Assembly (NCBI GenBank): GCA_013265495.1
Contig: MU058009.1
Span: 1,490,001 to 1,550,000 of the forward strand
Length of the DNA: 60,000 nucleotides
Source: Vicugna vicugna
Taxonomy: Eukaryota
Direction of reading: 5' to 3'
Position numbers and translations under genes: made by a program. The stretch's first letter is position 1, and every line of letters starts with the position of its first letter. Under the pieces are notes generated by a model. The model worked only from the letters and a program-made list of their open reading frames with translations, did no database searches and was not told the origin of the DNA. This document shows positions 12,691-24,952 of the stretch, piece by piece.

Positions 12691-15668
12691 GACTTTCAAC
12701 AATTTCTCTAAGAGACAGAAATATCATATATTTGTGTCCATTAAAGCAAAATTCTAAAAATTATTTATATCAATTTTCTAAACATTAAAAAACATGAGCA
12801 GAGTAATTATTCTTGGCATATCTTTGTATATTTTAATCAGTTTCTTAGCCATAGCAGCCTCGAAAATTGTGTCACAAATATGTTTTTGATGAATGTATTT
12901 TTATTAAGGTGGTACTATTATATCTAATTTTCTTCTAAAGTTTCTGGCAATTTCCTTAAAAGATGAATTTTTGTTAAATCAATTTGAAATCAGTAGAATT
13001 GTCAATTGCCTCTTCTTTAAACCATATTATTTTTTATTTAGAAAACTGTACGGGTGCTCAGGCGAGGTCAGAGCAAATTCTGCTACACAGGGGATATTCT
13101 TAAGCCTAATTCTTTGTAAGAAAATGTACAGATATTTCAGTTCAAATATCTTCAAAGTTTCTGTCTTTTGGTTTCCACTCAAATTACTATTATTGATAAA
13201 TATTTTTATAGGACCAATTCTTCAGATTAGATGTCTTTTTTTACAGCATTTTAAAATGATTCACAAAATGTAAATGCTGCAAAGTTTCAAGTCTTCTCAA
13301 CTTCATTTCTGTTCTGGTAGAAAATATGGATGCATCTAATGAAAAACAAAAGTTTCATTAAAAGAACCTTCTCAAAAGTTGAAACATTTCAAGGCCTCGT
13401 TGAATTTCAGAATTAAGTTTAGCTAATCAGAGCTCTCACAGGATCATGAGGTGAGCCGCGCCCCTACATTCATATTCAAGATCACTGCTTCTGCATTTGT
13501 ATTCATGTTCAAGACTTTCCTGCTTGCAAATTTTGATTTTAGTAATTGCAATTTTCTAGACATTGAAAAATCTGAAGTTTTCAAAACCTAATATTTTGTG
13601 GTGTGCCAATTATTGAAAATGTTAACAAAAGATGTTCAAATGATTCACAATAAAATGCAATTAAAATGAAAGAACTCATTTACAAAAACATTTCAATAAG
13701 TCGAAGGGACATGTAAGCCAATTACATAAGGTTTCAACATGTGGAGGTTTTGATTTATGGAAGGTGGCAACCATATACTTCCTTTTCTTTGCATTTTTTA
13801 TGTTCGGCATCAGCATAATACAAAATTGAGTTAATTATTTTAACCATATTTATAAAAATAGTTGTAACCATTATCAACAATAGCTTCTATTTTGACTGTA
13901 CAACATTGTGGCCTTTTTGGATGGACACAATTTGAATATGTCCCTTTCTGATTCTACATACATTTCTGTTCTGTAGGTTTCTTCGTGGAGTGACAGCACT
14001 GATGCGATCACGGCAGCCGGCGCCCCTGAACCCGGCATTTGAATCACCGTCGCAAGGCGAACAGCTTTGTCTCAGTGTTGGAATTTTTGCATTGAATTCA
14101 CAATAGTGTCCAAAATAATGTTAGAAATTTCACCTTTGAAAGGATGAATTTCCAAAAGCTTTACTTGATTCTATGACTGGGTGAAAGACTATTTTTGGCC
14201 TTATCTTAATGGATTTTCATTTTGAAACATGTGACTCAGACTTCTTCAGCCAGGGTTCTTCAAGAGAATCAAACTCAAATGCTTCAGAGCACTGGTTGTA
14301 GGCAGCTGTCTGCACATCTGGAATGATGCTCGTGGTTTACCGTCTTTGGCAGAATCAAGAAAACAGTCTCTCAAATCACTTTCCTGCGTTCTGTGTCTCA
14401 GATGAGAAACCCACTGATCGCAGTAATAGAAAACTGTCATCATTTGCCTGCTAGTGAATATTTTCTTTTGTAAATGGATCCAACACAGTTAACGGTATCA
14501 CTTCAGTTTTTGAACTACGTCCACAAGAAAACTTGGAATAAAAAAAAGAAAGAGAAATTAACTCAGAAGAACAATCATTTAAAAAGTGTATATGAAAAGC
14601 CAAGCTTCACATCATTGTATGTGAACACGCCTTCTAGAACCGCAGTTATGAAATCACTGCATCCAGGAACAGTCTTCGTAAACCACCAATTCCCGCCCGG
14701 GTGCCGATGCTTCTTCAGCAGATCTGTGGGCCTTTTGTTTCCATGTGGTCAGGACGGCACCACAGCCCCCGGGGCAGATGGTAAATGTGGACAAATGTTG
14801 TGTGAAAGTTACACATTCCTCATCCTCTTTCTTGGGAATGAAAATTTTCTACTTAAATTTTTCATTAAACAGGCACTTTTCTTCTTTTTGAACTTATTTC
14901 TTCCTAAAAGGTTTATTACACTGAAAAAAAGAAGAAAGAAAAGAGGAAGGAGAGGAAGAAGGAGGGGGGGAGGAGGGGAGGGGGAGGGGAAGAAGAACCA
15001 CACAACTGGATAGTGGCTGTGGGTCTATACCATATATAAGGTGACAAAATCACGAAGCCAAAGGCATTCACCCTACCCACTACAGGATCTACGCAGGACT
15101 GCCCAGCTCCCAGCTCACACACGCATTTCACATACGCCTAACAGAATTTTGTCATTGACCCTGCCAATGGATGGCCTGGAGTTTCGAGCATCTCTTCGAG
15201 GCCTTGGCAGGAGTCAAATCACTACCGGCTGGCAAACCAAGCGGCCAACCAGGGCAGCAACTTCAAACGCCTCTCCCGGCACCACTCAAGACCAGAAAGA
15301 CTCAGCCATCCCACACTGCTTGTATCTGAACACACTTCATTGCACCCCGGACATCTCTCCCTTAAAAAGGAGGCATCTGTTAGTTGTGTCTAAAAAAAAG
15401 TGGTTTAACTCCACAGTAAGCTGACACCTCTGCTCACTTCACATGTGGCTGACACATGACGAAAAAGCACCAGAGCAGAAGTGTTAGCGCCAAAGCAGGG
15501 CTCCTCCAAAGCCAGCCTCCCAAGGCGGTGTTATCATTTTAAGGCAACAGTTAATATTAATACTTTGTTAGAGAGTGAAAAATACACAGCAGATGCTAAA
15601 ATGAACAGCGTGCTGGGTAACGGGCAAAACCCGGAGACTCGAGCACAAACTGAGACAAAAGGTGATCT
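12690..15668 (-). mobile_element. Near full-length fossil hAT-Blackjack DNA transposon; transposase disrupted by stops and frameshifts (~14900 to ~12900)
   Basis: Minus-strand translation gives colinear remnants: KCLFNEK (~14870), LSTFTI...AHRSAEEASA (BED-finger region, ~14790-14700), VKLLEIHPFKGEISNIILDTIVNSMQKF (~14165-14080), CDGDSN...RRNLQNRN (~14055-13965), VAEFAL (dimerisation domain, ~13085). MER81/Blackjack-type terminus GAGAGTGAAA...CGGGCAAAACCCGG...AAACTGAGACAAAAGGTGATCT at 15570-15668. Confidence 0.85.
14923..14997. repeat. GA-rich low-complexity tract within Blackjack (G4-capable)
   Basis: GAAGAAAGAAAAGAGGAAGG...GGAGGGGGGGAGGAGGGGAGGGGGAGGGGAAG. Confidence 0.9.
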
Positions 15669-15834
15669 GTTCTATGAGCAAACAAACAAAATCACAGCAG
15701 GAGAATTTTTCTTAAAAAGATTTCGACTTGGTATGACAGTGTTCAACCGAGATCACGGTTTCATGACATGGTTTCTCGACTTTAAGAAAAAGAATCTCTG
15801 CTGGAGTGTGCATGTTCCCAGTTGCTTTGCAAGG

Positions 15835-15916
15835 TATTAGGTTGAACGAAATGAAACCACCATCTTTGTATTTCAAAAACAGTTGAATACCAGCAACTTT
15901 GTATTAGCAATCTTAA
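15835..15916. mobile_element. MADE2-like mariner MITE (~80 bp, palindromic)
   Basis: TATTAGGTTGAACGAAATGAAAC...CAGCAACTTTGTATTAGCAATCTTAA matches recalled MADE2 TIR structure and length. Confidence 0.7.
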
Positions 15917-17982
15917 CGCTTTGAGACCACCCATAGTTCACAAGACACACTGTTAAAGAAGAGCAGGATTTTAGAGAAAAAAATAAAACGTTAAGAAAAA
16001 ATACACACGTGCCAGAAGAGAACTGGAAGGCGGAAGACCAAGAGCTGTAAAAGTTGTATAAGGGTCTTTGCTCTAATTATGTTCCTAAAATGCTGTTAAA
16101 TGCGTCTTGAGCAAGATTTATCTTGAAATATTCTCAAGAGGGTGTGAGCTCAGCAAGCGGGAAGAAACCAGAGGTTCCTGGAGGACACCAGTAATTTGTC
16201 TGGCACTTTGCAAAGTGAAAAGGAGAATTGAAAACTGAATGGGATTGATTAGAGGAGAAAAGAAAGAAAAGTAAGAACAGATTCTCAGGGAACGCTGGGC
16301 CTTGCCCTGAGGTGTACCAGTCACGCACTTCAACCCTTTAACATCCCAACCCTGTTTAACACATGGTAACGCCCAGCTGGATGTGATTTTCAAGTCTCCT
16401 CTTAATTTTTCTCAGGTGCTGAACTTGTAAGGCCGCATGTCATGGCTGGACTGTCTAACTCTTGGCTGCACCACAGTGGTATTTATTGCAATAGTGAGTT
16501 ATGAAAGGACGCTATCTTCCTTTAATTGGGGACAGCAGGCAGCATGCAGTACTGGGGGGCGGGGAAGGGACTGGTCTGAGCTCTGACCGGTCACAGAGCT
16601 TTCACAAACTGGCTGTGATGCCCCGCAGATCACCTCAGCTCTCTAGACTTGACCAGCGAAGGGGCAGCTGGGACCAGGTGAACTCGGAGGTGATGGCTCT
16701 GTGCCATTTTCCTGAAATCAGGATAATGCAAACTTCACAGAAAGGTCTTGTTCCGATATCTGTGTTCTCAGGTGGCTCTCCGAGAAGGAGGGAAAAAACA
16801 GAGCAAAATCACGGAAAGCTTTAAGCAAGACGGAAGAAGTTACAGAATGAGCGGTGTCAGGGCAAAAAGATGAATCTGTCTGTTTTCAAATTACGTTTGA
16901 CCAAACCTGCTTCTCAGAGCTCTGAAAAGAAACATCATTTAAAGAGTTTATTTTTGCTTCTTGCTGAGATCTGTGTGACTGAAACTCAGCCTTGTTTTTT
17001 GTTGTTGTTATTTTTTTACCCTTCTGCTGTTTTTCTGTTTATTCAGAACTGAGCATTTGAGAGATATTTTAACTCAAAAAGAAAATAAAATAAAACAGAC
17101 AAACTATGGAGTCAAGTTCCATGTCTGGACATTTTTCTTATAAATTCTTCTGTCTCTGTCTTATTTTGGGAGTGGGGGGCACATATTTGAGGAACTTCAA
17201 AGCATATGTTGTTAATCACTCTATTGGCATTTCATTAACGTTTGCAATTCTGACTTCTTAAATCTAAATGAAATCCTTATTGGAGACATTTAATATAGAG
17301 AGCAGTATGCTGTGAGTAGAGGAAAATGTCCAAAAGGATGGAGGAAACTGATTTCCATGCATGTCTTTCAGGGTAGCTTTATTTTCCAGAAGGGTGTCCC
17401 CCAAGAGTAGGAAGTGCCATTGTTTGGTTGCTTTTCGATCAGAGCTATTTCGTCTGCAGTTAACCTGTTTGTGGATATGGTCGTTTTGATTACAGACATT
17501 AAACGGACCATACATGATTGTTTGGTCCTCATGGTCTAGATGAGGAAACCGAAAGACCAAGGGTATGGGATTTGCTAAAGGTGTGACATGGAATCACACC
17601 TCTCCACTTCTGGCCCTTGGTTTATCCACTACATAAATTAAACGGTGCTCACTTCTGAAAGTTCATTGCCAACCTGCCATCCTAGATTCTCTGTGTCACC
17701 TGATCCTCGCTGTCTTTGTTTTGTTTTCCAGTAACTTGAAAGTTTTCGCCTTCCTCAGTTGAAGGCGGAGAGTTAGAACAAATGAGTTCATCTCTCCAAG
17801 ACCATATTAGAGAGAATCAAGCAGGAGGGGCCACGGAGGTAGATTTAAGAACAGTTACCCCTGCGCCTTCACCCTAAGGAGTCTCTTTGTAGGTACTTCC
17901 CCACTGTTCCAACAAAGACTAAAATATTGAGAAATGTGGGAACTGTTTTAGCAAAGTCTGTTATACCCAGCCTTGTTTGGAG

Positions 17983-18302
17983 TAGTGTGCCCACAATCAT
18001 CCCTTATTCACAATTCTGAAATAAGAAATAAGAAAAAAAAAATCTGAAATTAAAGGTTGCTTTTAGTGAGTCATTAAAACTCATTTGGCAACAAAAGCTG
18101 ATATAGACCAATATGTTTAGTTACGGTCTTTATCCCAGTATGAAAATTCAGCTAATATTAATGCATTTGTTTAAAAGGGTGTGGCTCCAGACACTGTTGA
18201 GGTGTATATAATGGCACAGATATACTTCTGAAATTCACGAAATCTCAATTGCAAGGCATATCCGCCGATTTTGGATTTTGAATAAGAAATTACGGATCTG
18301 TA
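17983..18302 (+). mobile_element. TcMar-Tigger non-autonomous element
   Basis: CCACAATCATCCCTTATTCACAATTCTGAAAT...ACTCATTTGGCAACAAAAGCTGA...TTTTGAATAAGAAATTACGGATCTGTA; imperfect terminal inverted repeats. Confidence 0.7.
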
Positions 18303-18664
18303 TGTGAAAGTCGTGTGTTTTCAGAACCCCGGAAAAATTCGAAGTATGATTTGTGACACTCAGGTGAAGTGATCTAACTCAACTTTGGCTCTCAGAGCTA
18401 GGCAGAAGTCTGTTTGGGTGACAGTGTCTTGTATGTATGCAGAACGTGTGTTTCTACGTCACACAAGAAGAAATCACACTGATTTTCGCAGAGGACACTG
18501 CAGGCAAATTCCTTCCAAGAACTGAAATTCTTTTCGGAAAGCACTCTTTCTAAAAGCTCCCTTGCTTAGATCTAGAAGTACTTCTGCACTCGGAGCACAC
18601 ACTTATGAAAATTCATAAACTGACCTGACTCAGCACACACAACAGAGTTAACCATCATACTAGT

Positions 18665-18945
18665 GAAAAATTTCCCAAGTGTAGTTTTATGGAAAACAGT
18701 ACTGAGATGGAAAAGAAGACTGTGACCAAAAACGCTTGAGAAACCCAAACACTCTGTCCTGCTCTAGGAAGCTGACGATGCACATTAGCCTATTAAACCC
18801 TCTGGAAAAATCCTAGAAAAACAGTAACACAAGCAATATCTGTTTAGCTCATTTGACCGCAAAACTCTTCATTTCCCAAAATACCTTATAACATCTCGAG
18901 GTACATCAACATTTCCATAAAACAAACACTGAAGCAGTTGCTCGC
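18665..18945 (+). mobile_element. hAT-Charlie-type MITE (MER119/Charlie7-like)
   Basis: TTTCCCAAGTGTAG...ATGCACATTAGCCTATTAAACCCTCTG...CATTTGACCGCAAAACTC...TTATAACATC. Confidence 0.6.
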
Positions 18946-19210
18946 TGTCCATTGAACACTACTAGTAATGCTGTGTTCTCTGGCATTCGGAAACCCACGG
19001 TGGGCGGAGAAGGACAAACGGAAATCAGATCATGGAGGAGAGATTAGAGACACCAGAGTGAGGAGATCAGTCTGGAAAACAGAAGACCTGGAATTTTCTG
19101 ATCCCTCACTGATGACTTTCTTCAAATGTTTCCATTAATATCTTGGCTCAAGGGGTAGAAAAATGTCCTTTAGATAAACCTTTCTGGTTGGCATATTTCA
19201 GCTGACACAC

Positions 19211-19830
19211 TTTTTTTTTAAATTACGGTAAAAATACACATAAAATGTACCATCTTAACCATTTTTCAGCACAGTGTTCAGTGGCATTAAGTACATTCAC
19301 ATTGTTGTGCAGCCATCACCACCATTTATTGCTGGAAAATTTTCATCTTCCTAAACTGAAACTTCAGTGTGGGGGGGGGGTATAGCTCATAGTGATAGAG
19401 CATGTGCTTAGTATGCACAGGGTCCTGAGTTCAATCCCCAGTACCTCCTCTAAAAATAAGTAAGCCTAATTTCCTCATCTACCATGGAAATAAAATAAAC
19501 AACACAACAACGAGCCCAAACTGAAACTCCAAACCAGTTAAACAAAACTCATTCCATCCTTCCCCAGCTCCTGGAAACCACCATGCTACTTTTTGTCTCC
19601 ATGAATTTGACTATAATAGGGTACCTCATGTAATTGGAATTACACAATGTGTGTCCTTTTGCGACTGGCTTATTTCATTTAGCATTGTGTTCTAAGGTTC
19701 ATCTCTATTGTAGTATGTACCATAATTTCATTTCTTTTTAAGACTGAATAATATTCTGTATGTGTGTATATATATATATATCACATTTTGTTTATCTATT
19801 CATTCATCAGTGGACACTTGGGCTGTTTTC
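19211..19830 (-). mobile_element. L1MB-like 3' end, antisense, interrupted by a SINE
   Basis: TAAAATGTACCATCTTAACCATTTT...GTGGCATTAAGTACATTCACATTGTTGTGCAGCCATCACC...GACTGGCTTATTTCATTTAGCAT...GTGGACACTTGGGCTG. Confidence 0.9.
19371..19517 (+). mobile_element. Camelid tRNA-derived SINE (Vic-1-like) with target-site duplication
   Basis: GGGG-TATAGCTCATAGTGATAGAG (A box)...GTCCTGAGTTCAATCCCCAGTACCTCC (B box); TSD AAACTGAAACT at 19353-19363 and 19518-19528. Confidence 0.9.
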
Positions 19831-19834
19831 AGAA

Positions 19835-21590
19835 AAGATCAAAGGTTCCTCTTTGGGGAAACTATCAAATCCACTAGAAAAGATTCTGATATATGGGGGG
19901 AGGTCTCAAAAAATAACCAACCAAATCACCCCATAATGAAGCCCACCTGTCCAAAAGCCCCACTCAAGCACAAAGAGATTCTGAGCAGTCTTTAGTGTAT
20001 CATTTTAAAATATGAATAGAAAAGCAAGGAACATCAGAAATTTGAGGAAATTCTGTAATAGGAAAGATGTATCGTAACAAACAAAAACAACACAGACAGC
20101 TAAGGAAAACAAAAAATGTATCTATAATTGAGATCCTAAGACAGATAAAATTTAATGAGACAAAAACATACAGCTATAAAAAGAACCTTCAGAGAGGTTT
20201 TCTTAAAGAGCTCTTGATTATTAAAAATACTACACTATATTACACAAGATCTTATGGTAGCTCACAAAGAAAAAAATGTGATAATGAATATATATATATT
20301 CATGTATAACTGAAAAATTGTGCTCTACACTGGAATTTGACACAACATTGTAAAATGATTATAAATCAATGAAAAATGTTTAAAAGTACTACACTATTTA
20401 AAAAATATATCAACGGAACCATTGAATGAGATTGAGGAATTTCTCTGCTAAAGTAAAATGTACAAACTAACTACAGAAATGAAAAATAGCAAATAACTGA
20501 ATTTAACTTTAAAAAAAATCTAGAAGGGCTGATATCCATAATAGAAGATCCAGAAAGAGAAAATGAGGGGAGGAAATTATCAGAGAAATCATGCAAGGAA
20601 TTTGCAAGGAACCAAAGAGCATGATGCCCAGAATTAGAGAGCTCACTGAGCACCCAGCCTAGGCACAGACACACACCACTCACTCCACTGTGAATAAAAG
20701 TTTAGAACGCTAGAGGTGATGAATAGATCTCTAATAACCATGAGAGAAAAAAATATACAAACAGGTCACCCACACAAACAAAGGTTGCAAGTTTGAATGG
20801 CCTAGAGATTCTAAAGTCAATCTAATTGCCAGAAAACAAGGAAAATGCTTTCAAATTATGGGGAGAATGATCTACTGAGAGTCTATGTCATCAATATTAT
20901 TGATTGAATATGAGCAAAAAATAGAGACATACTCAGCATACAATCTAGAGCAAAAGTACTTCCAAATATTTTTCTAGGGTCTGTGGGACTACGTTTTTCC
21001 ATCAAAATGAGAGGCTAGATCAAAAAGGAGGAAGACATAAAATAGAGGAAGCAGACACACCAACAAAGGAGAGAGGAGGAGGCAATCAGACCCCAGGATG
21101 ATGTGGGAAAGCCCCAGAAGACGTATGTTCATGGGCAAACAAGACTACTAGCCCAGACTGGAGGACAGAAGATCACAGGAAATACTTCTCTAGCAAGAAG
21201 GCAAAATTGATAGAGTATCGGATATGTTTGAAAATATTGAGGAAAAATGAATACCTCTGGCAATGTTTAGGGCTGGTTGTTCCCCTGTATATACAGGAAA
21301 CTAAAGAAACAAAAAACATAAAAATCATTAATCCCAGAGGAAGCAAAAATGTACAAGAAAGGAAATACAACCGTAGTAGTCTAACTGGCTCAGCTGCACA
21401 CAGGATTGGCCTAGAATGGAAAAATGTGGAGCTCAAATACTGTGCTAATAAAAAACGTCATGTAACTATGTTGGGAGAAGGAGGGTGGGGAAATAAGTGT
21501 ATATGGGCGAGAGGGTATGAGGACTAAATCATCTCTCATAGTAGGAAGTTCATAGAAAATAATTGAACATCCTAGAAAATGCATTATAGA
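19835..21590 (+). mobile_element. HAL1 (half-L1) element, decayed
   Basis: TTTAGTGTATCATTTTAAAATATGAATAGAAAAGCAAGGAACATCAGAAATTTGAGGAAA, ORF1-like A-rich body, and 3' region CAAGAAAGGAAATACAACCGTAGTAG...GGCTCAGCTG...GTAACTATGTTGGGAGAAGGAGGG...CATAGTAGGAAGT. Confidence 0.75.
20239..20380 (+). mobile_element. Short, young camelid-type L1 3' tail inserted in HAL1
   Basis: AACTGAAAAATTGTGCTCTACACTGGAATTTGACACAACATTGTAAAATGA; 17-bp TSD TAAAA(A/G)TACTACACTAT at 20222-20238 and 20381-20397. Confidence 0.88.
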
Positions 21591-21659
21591 TTGTATTGTC
21601 CATGCTTATTTTGTCTAATTTTCACTTCACTTTCATAAATACCCCCAACACTAAAATTC

Positions 21660-23150
21660 AACTCCCACACACATCAATAGCAAAAGTCACCAGTGATCTC
21701 TTTATTGCTGGGGCCAAAGGACATGGACACTTTGTAGCTTTTGTGTGCCTTCTCTGCAGCCTTTGACTCCGTTGACCTGAGCTCCAAGATGTAAACATTC
21801 AACTGCCCTCTCGACATGTCATGAATGTCCCAGAGGCTCCTCAAGACTGGCAGGTCAAAAACTGAACTCCCTGACCACAGCCCAGTCCCCACCACCCGAC
21901 TCTCAGATTTATGGCTTTATCCCACAGTCCCCATCTTAGTGAACAACACTATAATTCAAACTACTATGGAGCGGACCAGACAGAAAGCTGCTCAGGGAAA
22001 GCATGCTTTGCAACGTCTAAAAGACTACTAGAAACAAATGGAAAAAGTCTACATCAACCAGATTTCAGATTATCAGGTGTCAGATAAATTACTTTTAGTA
22101 AAAGAAGGTAAGGTAAGTTTTCCAAGCAACACCAGTCAAAAGAGATGCTCACTAAAGGAGGCTGAGAGTGTACAGGAGGTACCCGACTTCTCCACCCAAT
22201 GCAGAGATCTCTAAATAAATATCAGATATGTAACACAGATCTGTTTGACCCGGTACTGCATTATATTTACCTAATGGAGACACCCAGGTCTCATAGCCTG
22301 GTTTACTATTACCCCAATCAGCTGCCTACATCATAAACCTGAGAATTGTCCTTCTCCACACACCCTGCCGGCAGTCCATCACTACTGGGTCCACCTTTTT
22401 AATCTCTTTTCATCCACCCATTAATTCTTTTAACCCCTTAACATCATTTCAAGTCCTCGGTTTCCCCCTTATCTTTCCCATGTTTCTTTTTGGCACCCCC
22501 TAATCAATTTTCATTGCTATCAGTGTTTTTCCAGTCTCGTCTCCTCCCCAACCATCCTTCACATAGGCTTCTGGTGATTTTTCTAAGATGCTAATCTCAT
22601 AATGTCCCCACACAATTTATAACCTTCTGATAAATAAAGGCCAAACAGTGTTACCAAGAAAATCATGCTTTTCATGACTTGACTGTCCAGTTTCACTAGA
22701 AGAATTTACTGCCAATCCCTGCACAGATTTGTACACACTCAGTTTGTGCCCAGCTGTCCACAGACACACACCTCCACCCAATCCTTTGATTCTCTACCCT
22801 CTGGGCATCTGGGTATTTAACCTACTTACTGCCTTAAGATTCTGTCCTCACTTCTAACTACCGCAGGTTAACGCTGACCTGATCCAAGTGGCCCTCACAA
22901 CTGTCACATCTAGGAAACCCTCCCTGTACCCTAGGTCTGCATCAGCTGCCGCTCTTCTGTGCACTCACAAGACCCTGTGCGTACCACGGTCTTCTACGCT
23001 ATCAAACCGACTTGCAATCTTTTTGTTTGTTTGTTTGCTTTCTGTCTTCTTCTTGGAACTAGACTAAGTTCCTTGAAAGCTAAACTCACTTAACATTCCC
23101 AGAGCCTCATCCAGAGCAATTAAATAAATTAAAATACATTGAGTGGATAG
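21660..23150 (+). mobile_element. L2 fragments (ORF2 remnant to 3' end)
   Basis: AAAGTCACCAGTGATCTC...TCTCTGCAGCCTTTGACTCCGTTGACC; TTCAACTGCCCTCTCGACAT...AAAACTGAACTCC; CTAGACTAAGTTCCTTGAAAG near the 3' end. Confidence 0.7.
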
Positions 23151-23450
23151 TGAATCCTCACAACTGTGCGAGGTATGTAAAATACGTTCTAAGATCTCAA
23201 TTTGAAAGCTAAGCAAACTGAGTTACGAGAGACGACGGCCCCAAACTGAAAAGAGCCAAAGGAAAAGGTTAGAATTGGCGCCTTCTGACTCCCAGTGCCC
23301 GAGCCAAACGTTCCTGAATCGTGCTGCAGGCTTGGCTTTCCCTCATTTGTCAGCGAGTCCTCGCCGAGCTCTTGCTCTGTGCCGGGGGCTGCTCTAGGCG
23401 CAGAGGGAGCGAGGCTAACGGAGCTCTTGCTTCCATGGAGCTTGCGTTCT
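23150..23450 (-). mobile_element. MIR plus L2 3' fragments (CpG-rich copies)
   Basis: AATCCTCACAACTGTGCGAGGTA...AAACTGAG...TTCTGACTCCCAGTGCCC; CTCTGTGCCGGGGGCTGCTCTAGGCGC...CATGGAGCTTGCGTTCTAG. Confidence 0.6.
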
Positions 23451-24589
23451 AGAGAGCCTCAAGGTGTCTGAGCTTCTAAGGCTTTGCACGGTGACATTCT
23501 AATTCCGGGAGGACGGAAAGAAGAAACACGAAGTATCTTCCAGAGCTATGGAAGCAGGAGACTCAGGAGAAGCAAAGGCACCTGCGCTTCCTGAATCTGC
23601 CCTCTCCAGCTTTGTGCTGGTCAGGGGGCCGCAGCTCAGGAAGATGGGACTCACGCCCGCCCGGAGAGCACTGAGCGCGCTGTCCCTAACACGTGCTCTG
23701 GGCCCTCCTCTTGCACCTGTCTGTGCTGGCCTCGGGGCTCTTGTCTATGGTTTCCCACGTCGCTCCGTCTCCTCTTGTTCATTCAGGCTCTACCCAGCCT
23801 TCAAAGCTTAGCCCACATCACACCCAATTCATTCTGAAACCTCACTAATGGACAACTCTTTCCCAAAACTCAGCGCCACCAAAAATTGCTTCAGTGATCT
23901 GAGTCTTTTAGGGGCAGGACTTTCTTGCCAAATATCACTGAAGTTTTCTCAGAAAATAAATCATATCTCATGCTTCCTTAGAATCTCCCCCCACCGATAA
24001 GTGTACAGGGCATATGGGAGATAAGCAAGCAGCATTAATTGAATGAATGATTGGTGGTAGTATTTCCAGCCACTTCCCCATCGGATGCTCTCCTAGGAGT
24101 GATCTAAATGTCTCCCTAGGAAAGGGACACGCACTGGTGTGCAGAGCGGCCTGTCCCGGAGCTGGTGGCCATGATTCGGTTCTTCTGAGGGAAACATCAA
24201 AGGGGAGGCAAGACAGGCCTGGCACACGGAAGCCAGCCTCTCACTTGCTCCCAGTTTCTCAGACAGGAAAGTGCCAGAGTGAATCTCTCTTCTGAGCCAT
24301 GAGGTTAATGTGGCCATTTATAGATAGAAGGAGGAGATTAGGTACGTTGAAAGGGGAAGGTTTTTATGCTCGGCGTTTGATCCTGTCTGGCACTCCCCAG
24401 AGCTGCCATGTGCCCAACACCTGATAAATACTGCTTTACAAACGGCAAGGAAGAGCATCTAAGGCCATAAATCCATCCCCACCCCCCTCGATTTGTCTGG
24501 ATCTAAAGGATAATTAAAACCATGCCCTTGCCTTGCAAATGAAGCCTCATCTTCTGGCAGGCCCCATTTCAAATGAACTTGAGGGCAGT

Positions 24590-24760
24590 GTCACTGCAAA
24601 GGGCAGCCTGGGGTCGACGCTGTCCAGACTGCGGGGAGCCCCCCCGGCCCCGCAGCGCTCGGGGTGCGTGCACGCCACCCAGGGCTGCTGCTGGGAGCGG
24701 GGAGCGCCGCGTGCTCGGGTCCACCTGGGCTTTGAACTCGGTTAGTGCGCAGGGCTAGTG
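24590..24760. promoter_or_regulatory. Small CpG-rich patch with palindromic GCGTGCACGC
   Basis: About a dozen CpGs in 170 bp; near-palindrome GGGTGCGTGCACGCCACCC at 24662-24680. Confidence 0.4.
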
Positions 24761-24927
24761 AGGGGTGGTGAAGTTTTGGTTCTTTTCGGGGAAGAAACAT
24801 GGGGGGAAAAAGGGGAAAGAGAATCTGAAAGATCAGTTATTTACCTGAAAGACTATTTATCCAAAAAACATCCTTTAAACCAGAATTTTGACAAATTGTT
24901 TTCTGGCAAGTGTTAAGACACAGTCAC

Positions 24928-24952
24928 CACACACACACACACACACACACAC
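24928..24952. repeat. (CA)12 microsatellite
   Basis: Direct reading. Confidence 0.95.

Noticed and set aside
14474..15013. 179-aa + strand ORF with basic tail
   Set aside because: Antisense to the Blackjack transposase remnant, and the tail comes from the GA-rich repeat
19371..19450. tRNA-like sequence (also 46060-46130)
   Set aside because: A/B boxes present, but followed by a SINE body and tail and flanked by TSDs; it is a SINE, not a tRNA gene
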